Source: Microbotryum violaceum
Lineage: Eukaryota
Assembly: GCA_001244265.2 (NCBI GenBank)
Contig: LN717261.1
Location: 310,001-374,000 of the forward strand
DNA: 64,000 nucleotides
Direction: 5' to 3'
In this document: in pieces, positions 50,630-61,619 of the stretch
Layout of the letters: every line of letters starts with the position of its first letter
Position numbering within the stretch: position 1 is the first letter of the stretch
Program-made: the position numbers and the translations under genes
The notes under the pieces: model-generated
Seen by the model: the letters and a program-made list of their open reading frames with translations, nothing else
Told to the model about the DNA's origin: nothing
Database searches by the model: none

Positions 50630-50725
50630 TTGACGGCCCCGGGATGGGGAGTCCTGGCTATCCGGGTGTTGGGCGACCAACCCCAGTGTGAAACCCGCTG
50701 AGGATTGAGGTTTTTGGCGCGCTCG
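50630..50725 (-). repeat. Right inverted repeat of KDZ element (uninterrupted)
   Basis: Reverse complement equals 13353-13403 joined to 16482-16526. Confidence 0.9.
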
Positions 50726-51543
50726 TAGGGTGGCTGAGTCGGGCTGAGTGCGGCAGGTTGCAACCCCGGCGCGCGCCAAAAATAATCGCCGCCGTACATC
50801 GTAAATATTATGGTACCGTCCACCGTTGCTCGAATCACTCAAAAAAGATAGCAAGAACGAGCCAAGACATGTACGAGGTGAAACGATAATTCAGGCGAAG
50901 ATCCCTTCGATCGGCGATTCCGACAGCCGAGCTGGCATGGCCACCGTGGTCGTGTTCATGCTGACGCTTGACCGTCGTGACCGACAGTTCGCTTTCACCG
51001 AAGACTCCCCCCGTCCTGCCGACGTGCACGGATCCCCTTTCTGAGCATGTCCATTCGAGGGATCGGCGGCAGCTAAAGTTGATCTGGCCCGGTTACCCTT
51101 CCCTCACCCGCGATCCACATCAGTGTTTCTGCAAACCTGTGCGCTGGGCCTGGTGGAGTCTTGAACGCCTTCGATCAGCTCAACAGGGGACCCTCTCTCG
51201 ATCACGACTCATCATTTCCGACTCCTCGAGTCAGGACTCATCGGCTCCCGTCGTTTGGACCAGGCTGGGCGCATCAGATCGGCTCCTCAGGGAAGAGGAT
51301 TGGTCATAGTGCTGGTCACTTTTCAGGCGGGTAATCGTGTTGGTTGTACTCACTCAGCATTCGCAGCAGGTCAAAGCACCGCCGGTCAGTGTTTTAACAG
51401 ACGCTCACGGCGTCCGGGAACTCGGCTCGACGGCGGCGGTACGACATTGAACCGAACGCTATACTGACACTTAGTTTCTGCTATCGTCTTATCTGCAGTG
51501 TCCCAGAAATTGATACCAGATACTCGGCACATCAACACTCAAG

Positions 51544-54500
51544 ATGTCGCCATCTGGAAGTTCGGTGAACTCAGCAACGGAGGAGACGACGAACGCTTCG
51601 CACGGACGAGCGCCACACACAGCCGAATTGCCGATCATCGATGACGGCATTGCTCCCCAGTCTGAATCTATTCCGAACTCGTCTGACACACTCGAGCCTC
51701 AAGCTGGATCTCACCATGACCATGGTCTGGTCAACCCCTTGGTACCACTCGACTTCCTCGCAACATCAGCGTCTCGGCAGCATCAGCATCTTGCAGCACT
51801 CAACTTCGCAAGACGGCAAACGGTTTCCACCGATCCTACCCATCGATCGAGTTTCGCATCGTCGACTAGCTGTGAATGTTTACCCGAAGAGGACGAGCGT
51901 GGACCCGGCGCCTTCTCCAGCACTATTCTCACCATCCGGACAAGTGACCTCGAAAGGGATAACGAAGAAAAGTGCACGACAACTTCCGACAGCACTCGTT
52001 TTGGGAATCGTGAGAGAGCGCTCAGTGGTGCATCGGTCAACTCTACCGTTTCTATGGACTCAGCACCGCGTCGTCCCCGCCCCTCCACTTCAAGGAAACT
52101 GTCAACAGCAAGCTTCACCAGCGCTCGCCATCCATCACTCGGGCTGGAAGGGTTTCAGATTTTCAATATGGTGGGACCGGGATCAGCTACCTCGTCTCCT
52201 TACGGCTCTCCGCGTTTGAGAGCTTCGAGCCCTCTCAGCCGCCCCCAGAGCGCTACGTCCCTGGATGAGGAAGAGATTTTGCGGCGTCAAAAGAGACGGT
52301 GGACGATCGCCGAGGAGTTCCGAGACTCCGAGCGGGCCTATCTTGCTACGCTGGAGATGATCGACACTGTGAGTTCGTGCCTGACCGTAGACTCAACAGC
52401 CGAGCCTGTATTAACCTGTTACCTTGCAGGTATACTACCAACCTCTGTGTGCGGCTCTACCCGCCGAGGCGATCCAGTTGCAACGCCGAAGCACCGGGAC
52501 AACCGCTGCGGAACCATCAGCCGACGCGTCGACGAGTCTGATGTCCTCAGCACAACCTGCAAGCTCCTCATCCAGCGTCTCTGTTGCTGCCTCGGTGTCT
52601 TTCAAGACTACGGCACCCGTCGTCGGTCGTCACATCATTAAAGAGATCTTTTCCAATTTCGGGGATATCCTCAACCTCTCTCGCGTCGTGCTCGCCACCC
52701 TCGAAATTAGTATACCCCCCCGAGCATCGATCCCCGTGTCTCTACGTTCTATGCATCTATCTTCTACGACTCTCGCTTCATCCTCTGACTGGGATACGTC
52801 TAGTCGTCCTTCTGACGGTCGCCGAGGCGGGCTTGGACAGAGCGGGGATACTCCAAGTGCAATAGCCGCAAGCCCCCCGAAAAAGGGACTTTTCGAATCT
52901 CCGTCACTAGAACAACTCCCCTCGAAGCAACCTACATCTGTTTCTGGTCAGAGGGCAAATCTCCGTCGACAGTCCTCGAGCCACCGCCGATCTACGCCAC
53001 CTCGAGATATTGGCTGCTCTCTGCTCCCTGTCCTTCCCTACCTCAAGCAGTACTCGATCTTCGTCTCGAACTTTGCCGCCGCACTTGCTCGACTGTCATC
53101 ACTGGAAGCCCCTGATGGAACCGGAAAGTCTGTCTCATGTCCAGACGATCGAGCTCGTTGGCAAGTTTTCATCACCGAGGATGGTCGCGGGAACGACGGT
53201 CGGGCACGAGGTCTCGGTCTCAGTGGGTTGCTGCTCAACATCGTGCAGCGGATCCCACGGTATCGACTACTTCTTAAAGATCTGATTCGATTCACGGAGT
53301 GGGATCACCAAGATTATGGGGCACTGGAGAAAGCGTTCGCTCTGGTCGATGAAGGCAAGTAAATGCCAATGAAATGGCTGCGCAGTGGATTTGAGCTGAC
53401 TCGCTGGAAGCGGACCTGCTTCCCTTGCAGTCGCATCCCATCTGGAGGCCCAGATCCGGTCCCATGATTCCGATCTCGAGCTTGTGCACCTGCAACGAGC
53501 TTTTGCGAATCTCGACTTTGCACTGCTCGAGCCTGGCAGACGGTTGGTGAAGTCGGGCAAGGTGCATAAGGTCGACCACAAAAACAACAAGCAGCCGTGC
53601 CTCCTCCTTCTTTTCAACGACATGCTCATCTGTGCAAAAGACTCTTCTTCGGCTGAAGAAGTTCAAGCCGCCACCTCGAAAGGGTTGGGCACAGCTTCCA
53701 AGTGGGCCACGAGCGTCTTGCGAATGGAGCATCGATTCACCTTAGAAACCTTGACGGTTCTGGTGGTCGATGACAGTAGCACTTCTACGACCCTCGCCAA
53801 TCCGGCAACATTCCGATTCCAGCTCGTCAGTCCCGAAAGGAGTTTCACCGTCTGCGTCTGTGAGTCATACGTGGACTGCGACCGCGCACCTTTCTGATGC
53901 TAATGTGATGCTCTCCAGCCTCACCTGTCACCAAAACTGCCTGGATCGATGCCATTCGCCTCGCTTCTTCCCGTCTTCTTGAAGCGCGGCAGTCGCTTCA
54001 ACGCAGCCTACGACTCGGTCGTACTCACGATCGTCGCGTCTCAGTGCCCTCCTCCCTGTTCACCCCGCCCGCATCGACCCTGTTGCCTCACCCAACGTCG
54101 CTGGGAGTGATCCCCACGACCCCTCTGGCATTCCAAGACGTAACCGCAGAGGAATCAAAACACGCACAGCAAGATTACTTCAATTTAACCCCACGAATGC
54201 CTCTGAATGAAGTCGAAGCTGTTGACGCCTCACCACCCTCTTGTTCAATGAATGTTATCGTCCGAGTCCAAGACTACACAGCACCAGTCTGGATATCCGA
54301 TGCGTCAGCGACAAGATGTATGCGATGTTGTGAGCTGTTTGGGCTGTGGAGGAGGAGACACCACTGTCGGTTGTGCGGACTGGTCGTTTGCTGGAGGTGC
54401 TCACAAAGGGTTTGTCCGCTGCGCGGTCATCTCTCTCGTGCTTACCCTGACAAGATTTAGCTTGTGTTCGAACAGGAGGTAATCTTACCCGGTCAACAAG

Positions 54501-54802
54501 AACAGATCGCACGAACATGCGAACTCTGCTTCACATCCATTACCTCAACCTCAACCTCATCCCAAACCCCTTCCAACCCCCGTATATCAGAGACAGCTCC
54601 CAATCTAATCCTCCAAACTCGCGCCATAGACAACGAGGAAGAGCGTATGGAAAGCCTCGTCTTGCCTTCGTCCATCATTGCCCATTCCTCGGTGGTGCGT
54701 CAAGTTGGGGGGACGGTCAAGATGAAGAGGAGATTGACGAGCTTGTTGACGAGGGGAAAGGAAGGTGAGACGATGGGTGCGGCGCCAAAGCGAGGTGCTT
54801 GA
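51544..54802 (+). CDS. Dbl-family RhoGEF with DH-PH-FYVE architecture (FGD-like); 5' exons may extend to ~50940
   Basis: DH: IAEEFRDSERAY, IFSNF, LLNIVQRIPRYRLLLKDL. PH: LLEPGRRLVKSG..LLFNDMLI. FYVE: WISD..CMRC..RRHHCRLCG..C..CELC. Several GT-AG introns. Confidence 0.88.
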
Positions 54803-55348
54803 TGCGCTGTGGTAAATTTGGTCCAGGTTGCTTGTCAATAAAATATAGTGTCAACGATAAATTACCACTTTCTGGACTAGACCGAAATTGCGATGCTTGC
54901 CACCGAGCTTGAAAAATTGCAAGTTGAAACGGGGACGAAAAAAATGTAACGCTCGCCCCAGCTTCATCTACGACTGCAATAAAGCACAAGCACACAACCG
55001 TATAACAAAGAATAAAGACAAAGGTCAAAAACCATGAGAAAAAGAGCAGCTTATGTCGTTTGACGGCGCGAGATGCGAGATTCCACGAATGAACGGCGAG
55101 ACATGACTGCTGCGACGACGATAAAACGAATTTTGATGATGCGAAGAACAAATAACGACGGACAGCAAGTGAGTTGAGATAGATATCGAAGTGTCGACTG
55201 ACTGAACGCCCACTGAGGTGAGGACCCTTTGGATCGGTTTCCGCTCCTCCGCCTCTTCCACTGTAGCCACTATACCATCCGAACCTTCCTGTCTCCAAGC
55301 GCTCTGACATGGGTTCGTTTCCTCAAGTCTTCTGTTCCAATCAGTCGA

Positions 55349-57541
55349 CTAAGGACGACGACCGAAAAGAGACGACATCTGCGACTGATGCTGTTCCGAA
55401 GACGACGACGAATAGTACGACGTAGCGCCAGGGAAGGTTTGCTGATGAAGTGGTTGCGGTTGATCGTTTTGGCGATGGTTGACATCAGAGGAGGACCGCG
55501 CTCGAGCCGCTAGACCCATGTGAAAGCCTTCGCTCCACTTTGCGTCGAGCATCGCGTCCGAGACGGGGGTGGAGAAGGACGTCTGAGGAGGGAGGACGGG
55601 AACAAGGGGCGTCAAGGGGGCCAGCACTTGACGACGTGTGGGGCTCGGTGCGGCCGCGAAGAAGTTCGGGGGTGCCGAGGGGAAAGGCATCGGAGGAGGA
55701 GGAGGTGGAGGAACGACTTGGTTGAGGGGTGAAGTATTGTAGCTCGTCAAAGAAGGCAGTATCGCATGAGCACTCCTCGAGGAAGGAAGATGGGAAGGAA
55801 GATGGGTGTATGCTGAGATGAGCGGTGGTACGTCCTGGGCGGCGACCGCCGAAAGCATCGGCATGGAGCGGCTCGAGGAATACGATTGAGCGTAAACAGT
55901 TGCAGGATTACTCTCAATTTGCGTATTGAATTCATTGCTAAGCGATTGAGAGCGATGGATCGTGATCGAGTTGGCCAAGTCATGCGCGAAGGGGAAACAG
56001 CGCAGGCAGATCTTGCGACGGCGCCAGTTCTGCACATCATCTGCTCGTCAGTAGGTTCAAATCATGTCGCCGCGGTGAAGAGGAAAGAGTCTCACCACGA
56101 AACCACATTCGCACGTCCAATCGCCTTGCTGACGCTGCATCGGACCAACATTGCCCGTGTTGATGATTGGAGCCTGGTTCACTGACGTCGACTCTGCGGG
56201 CGCAAGTTGGCCGATTCGAGGGATACGACCGCCATGAAGTCGAGCGATGCGGTCGGTATCGAATGGGTTCAAAGGGTAAGGTGTGTTCAAGTTGGAGTCA
56301 CCGTCACTGCCCAGCATCGATGCGACAGGCACGAGCGAGCGCAGGGGGCTAGCTTGAGAGCCACCACCGCTCGAGTCCGACGAGCTGGGCACGCGACAAG
56401 CTGAAGCTTGCGATCGAATGGGTGTTGTGTACGCAGGTACGCCTATGACATCACCGAAGGTCTCCTTCCGAGTGTTTGAAGGCGGAGTACCAACGCTTGA
56501 GTGAGAGCTCTGATTCAAATGAGCACCGGATAGCTTTCCAGGCGACGCAAAGGAAGAATTGTGCCCCGCACGAATAGGTTTGGCGGGTGACCTGGGCAAT
56601 GAGAAGTTGGCGGGTCCATTTGAGCCACTTTCAGAGTCGTAGCCTGGCCTCCAAGGTCGCTTTTCTTGGTCTGTAATCATCTTCGGAAGATCGGGCTCGG
56701 CGGATGGGAGTACTTCGTTGTGGTGATGTCGAAGCGAGCGAAAAGAAGACGAAGGGGGGTTGTACGGGGCGGCCGCCGCAGCAGAAGCACGAGGAGGTTG
56801 AACCTCATCGAATTGTAAATACCTTGACGAGGTAGCTCTTGAGGGCAAGAATTCGCTGAAGGTAGGGAAAAAGGAAGGTGGTGTTGGCTTATGGGAAGAT
56901 ATGGAGGTATCGAGGAACGAAGTATCACTTCCGCGCGAGTCGTCGAGGATCGAGGACAGTGGCGTCGAGAAGGACGAGCTCGAGTTGGGCCACGTCGGGA
57001 AATGTTCGGACGACGGAGTCGAATTGACGATTGAAATGGAATCTCGAGAAGGGGTAGTTAGGGATCGTGTGGCTCGATTGGCACCGTTTCCACCCAAGAT
57101 GGCAGCGACCGGTGAACTCCAGTCCGTCTTGGTCGAAACGCCCTGGCACTGGAACAGACCAAACTCCGAGATCGCATCGCGTGCTTGCGCATCGGCGTAT
57201 CGAACTCTACTCGCATCTATGGTCTGCTCACGGAGCTTTTCAGAGCCATTCGAGTGTCTTTGACCGAGCTCGGACGAAATGAAGGGGTCGAGCTCGCGGG
57301 GTGGCTCCGAGTCAAAAGTAGGGAAAGGAGAGCCTGGAGGCGCTTGGGCCGCCGCCGGTGCCCGCGATTGCGGAGCGGCACGCGAAGTCGTCGACGTTGT
57401 CGAAGCCGATCGAGCACCGACGGCGGCGGTCGTCGAGGTGGACGAGCTTGAGGCCAACTGATGCAACCAACGATGGACGGGTGGACTAGGGGGTGGGAAG
57501 CGATAAGGAGAGTTATCGCACTGCAAGGAAGGAGGAGGCAT
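55349..57541 (-). CDS. Low-complexity protein with one RanBP2-type zinc finger
   Basis: QGDWTCECGFV | NWRRRKICLRC joined across an intron at 56095-56030; start codon uncertain. Confidence 0.7.
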
Positions 57542-59004
57542 CGTCGTGGTCGCCGCTGATGGAGCGACAATGGGCTCTGAAGCGGGGTTAGTCAATTGAA
57601 CGATCGAGTCGAAGCAGCGCTGATGCGCTGATGACAGCGAGCTCGGTACTTGCTTTGGGCAATAACACGGATCGAGTCGTGTCCAGGCGGTTGGGAGGTG
57701 AGCAGCGGCCACAAAAAGTGAGACTGGGGTGAATCGGCAAGAGATTGCGGTAGAGTAAGATGGCGGCCGAGGGTGCGGAGGGTCGATTCGCCGTGGCATG
57801 AACGGTCCCGAGGAGCCCGACGCGGATCGCGTGGAGAGAGGGGGCCTGTGCACCGGGCTCTATATTCACCGCCGGAGTGACCCAATTCTTTTTTCAAACA
57901 TGATGGGGTTGATGCCCTTCATTATTGTGCGACTGACTACGACATTACAAATTAAAGATAGCGCTGCGATGAGCACCGGAAACGTTGCTCTGGCTTAATG
58001 AAATCGTAGGGGCTCCGCTGATCATGCCGACTTGAGCCTGTTCGAGCTAAGTGTATGCACGGGTACGGTCTGCTGACATTTCCGCACCTTTTCCATGCAT
58101 GTTATTCGGCCCCTGCTGCGCTCGATCGGAACAACATATGAGAGAGCGCCGACGGGGGTGCTGGCCTGAGGCTCCCTCAGGGGTGAAGACGGTGACGGAG
58201 GAGCTCGGGTCGGCGATCGCCGCTGAGCGCTGAGCGCTGATCGTTAGCAGCTCAGTCTAGGGCTGAAATCCTGACGTGCGAACCGCCAGGATCCAATATA
58301 CTCTCTGGGAAGTTAGATACCGTATAAAGACACGTTTTCCGTCCAGTTAGTTCAGGTTCAATTACAGTGACTCCTGCACGCGCCGGATTATATGCTCAAG
58401 TCGAAGCTCCGAGTCAGCCTCCCCGACGCTACAGCCTTTGCCGAATCGCCTACGAACATGTTTTCCAACGTCAGGAACACGTGGAAGCGGGCACATGTCA
58501 TTCTGTGCGACCATCGGTACTCGCCATGAGCCATGTGGATTGCATTCAAGCCACCACACACCGACGCATGCAGTCTACTACAGTGATCGATCCCACTGCC
58601 ACTGACCGTGTTGGTGAGGGGCGCGACTCACTCAGCGCCGTCCCACTCGTGCCAAACGATAGGGCTGCCGGTCGTTGGTTGTTTCGGAGACGGTGCCTCT
58701 CGGGCAAAGAGTCTTAACACACCTGGCCCTGGCTGGCCGGTCGGCAGGCCCAGAGGCACGCGCCCGGCCCAAAGCCATCCAGAGCTGCCCTGCCCCAGAG
58801 CCCGGCCCCCGCGGCACGCTGCGGCAGGTAAAAGCAGGTAAAGGCTTGTAGAGGCTGGTAAGCTGAAGCGCGCCTCGGATTAGCTTCTTTGCTTTCATTC
58901 GTATCACCTTCAACTCGGCTCGCCTCCGTGTTTCGACTCGATTCTGTCCCACCACACCACCTACTCCTTTCCGCTCCACCCTATCTAGACCGTACTTTCG
59001 CAGT

Positions 59005-61415
59005 ATGCGGTTTTCTCTTTTGGTTACGGCCGCGCTCTACGCCGCCGCTCGAGCGAGCTCCGTGATTGACTTGACCACGGCCAACTTTGACGAAGTGGCC
59101 AAGGGTGACTTGTCCTTGATCGAGTTCTTTGCCCCCTGGTACGTGATCATTCGGAATGTGTTCCATCGTCTACTCGACGCTCGCGGTGCGATCGAGGCGT
59201 TGCAGGATGCTGCACGCTGTGAGACATCGTCGACGGTTGGAGCCAAAAGTGGCGACGTGGCAATTCCTTCGGCGGCTAGCACGTGGCAGCAACGTTCATG
59301 GAGTCTGCTGCACCGTGCTGATGATACGTCCTGATGAAAGCGCACTCGATACTGACATCGTGCCGTTCCAACTGTCGATCCTATGCACACCCAGGTGCGG
59401 TCACTGCAAGGCTTTGGCACCTCACGTAAGCTCCCCCAGCTTTGCCCTACGAGCCTCCCTGCCTGCCGGACTCGTGCGCGCGCGCCACACTTGGGCTTCC
59501 TTCCCGAGCCAAACTTCGTTCGCGCGCACCCAAAGACGGCCAAGCCGACCAGCGCACAGCAACCACTGCCGCATTGCCACAATCCCGCAGAACGCTCGCT
59601 GACCAAGCCCGAATCGTCCTCCTGTCCTGTCCGCCGTCCGCCGTCTGCCTCGCGTACGCCTCCCGTCCGCCGTCTGCCTCGCGTACGCCTCCCGTCCGCC
59701 GTTTCGTCCTCTCTCTCCTCTCCCACCCACAGTACGATGAAGCATCCGACATCCTCGCCAAGCACGGCGTCGTACTGGCCAAGGTCGACTGCACCGTTGA
59801 AGCCGAGCTCTGCACGTCCCACGATGTTTCGGGCTACCCGTAAGTTGAACCGGGTCACTATGACCGTTAATATGGCCGAACGAGCGCGCCATATGGCCCC
59901 TTGTCCGTGCTTTGGAGTGTAGCTCTAGACCTCACCCTAGATCACGAGGCTTACATCGTGTACGCTCCTGGCTTCACAGCACACTCAAGGTCTTCCGCAA
60001 GGGTGAATCGTCCGACTACGGTGGAAGTCGCAAGACCGATGGTATCGGTACGTTCCTCGCACCTAAAGTTACACTTGCTCTCGGATGATCAAGCAGAATC
60101 TGCAATACTGACTTCTGCATCGTCCCCTTGCTTGTTTCGAACAGTCTCTCACATGAAAAAGTGAATTCAATCTCCACGGCCTTCACGGTGTGCACAAGTC
60201 GTACTGACTCTTTCTTCGCTCTCAGGCAACTTCTTCCCACAATTTCGGATGTCACCGCCTCGACCCACGACGAGTTCTCCAAGGCTGACAAGCTTGTCTT
60301 CATCGCTTACATTGCTGAGGATGACAAGACGAGCAAGGAGGTTTTCACCGCCTTCGCCGAGTCCCATCGCGACGATTATCTCTTTGGTCTCTCCCATGAT
60401 GCCGAGAAGGTCGCCGGCGTGACCCCGCCTGCCGTTGTTCTCTACAAGACCTTCGACGAGGGCCGCAACGACTTCACCGACAAGCTCTCGTCCCAGGCAC
60501 TCGATGCGTTCGCCAAGGAGCACACCGTCCCCATTCTCGACGAGATTTCGCCCAACAACTTCGCTATGTACGCCGAAGCGGGCATTCCTCTTGCTTACAT
60601 CTTCATTCCCGATGATCACAAGAAGCGCAGCGAGATCACCAAGTCGATCGAGCCCATCGCCCGCGAGCACAAGGGCAAGATCAACTTTGTCTGGATCGAT
60701 GCCAACAAGTTTGCTGACCACGCCAAGTCGCTCAACCTCCTCGAGCCTACGTGGCCATCGTTCGCCATCCAGAACCTCCAGGAGATGACCAAGTTCCCAC
60801 TCGACCAGTCCAAACCCGTCGACCACAAGACCATTTCGGCCTTCGTTCAGGACTTCCTTGGTGGCAAGATCGCCGCCTCGATCAAGTCCGAAAAGGTCCC
60901 CGCTTCGCAAGACGAGCCCGTCTTTGTGCTCGTGGCCGACCAGTTCGAAGAGGTGGTCGCCGACAAGTCAAAAGATCTCCTCGTCGAGTTCTACGCCCCG
61001 TGGTGCGGCCACTGCAAGAAGCTCAAGCCCACTTGGGATGAGCTTGGACAGAAGTACGCCGGCGCCAAGTCCAAGGTCACTATCGCCAAGTTCGACGCGA
61101 CCGGAAACGACGTCCCCGCCTCGGCTGGCTTCCGCGTCTTGGGCTTCCCCACCATCAAGCTCCGCGCTGCCAACACCAACGAATGGATTTCGTACGAGGG
61201 TGATCGCACGCTTGAGTCCTTGGTCGAGTTCCTTGAGTCTAACGCGACCAACGACATCAGCGCCGCTGATGAGCCCGCCGTAGCTGGAGGGGCTGCTAGC
61301 GAACAGACCGTCATCGCTGACCACCACGACGAGCTTGTGAGTTGTATTCTGGATCGTCTTTCTCCCTCCGAGAGGCACACTGACACCTCCTGCCTTGCCT
61401 TTGCCCATGTAGTAA
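59005..61415 (+). CDS. PDI1: Protein disulfide isomerase
   Basis: Signal peptide; FFAPW|CGHCKALAP across intron 1; second active site FYAPWCGHCKKL; GFPTIKL; C-terminal HDEL with the TAA stop lying after a final intron. Confidence 0.95.
59634..59702. repeat. 29-bp tandem repeat (~2.4 copies) in PDI1 intron 2
   Basis: CCGTCCGCCGTCTGCCTCGCGTACGCCTC repeated. Confidence 0.85.
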
Positions 61416-61619
61416 TTGTCTGATGTCGTGTAATGCATTTGACGTGTCTGTTGGGCCATCCTCGTGGTTAGGAAGCGTCGCTCGATAGGCGCTCGGACCT
61501 GACCCGAGGAGTGGATTAATTGAGTGTGCAAGATAAAACATCGAGTTTCCACTGAAAATTGCAGAGAGACACATGTGCGAGTGAGAGGATCGTACTTTGC
61601 ATTCTCAAGAGTCAAACTC

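Larger units (their letters stand above)
13353..50725 (-). mobile_element. Decayed KDZ (Kyakuja-Dileera-Zisupton) transposon enclosing a ~37-kb nested TE cluster
   Basis: A ~95-bp inverted repeat (13353-13403 plus 16473-16526 versus 50630-50725) and a KDZ transposase remnant just inside the right repeat. Exact termini and TSD not resolved. Confidence 0.65.

Noticed and set aside
13353-50725. Starship-like giant element or TET/JBP-carrying KDZ
   Set aside because: No tyrosine-recombinase captain, host-like cargo genes or TET/JBP motifs recognised; the size is explained by nested TEs.
13296-50878. GTACGAGG at 13296-13303 and 50871-50878 as the 8-bp TSD of the KDZ element
   Set aside because: The sequences just inside are not inverted repeats of each other and the distances to the matched repeat are asymmetric; may be chance.
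59318-59345. Hammerhead ribozyme core (CTGATGA...GAAA) in PDI1 intron 1
   Set aside because: The intervening bases cannot form a convincing stem II and no flanking stems were found.
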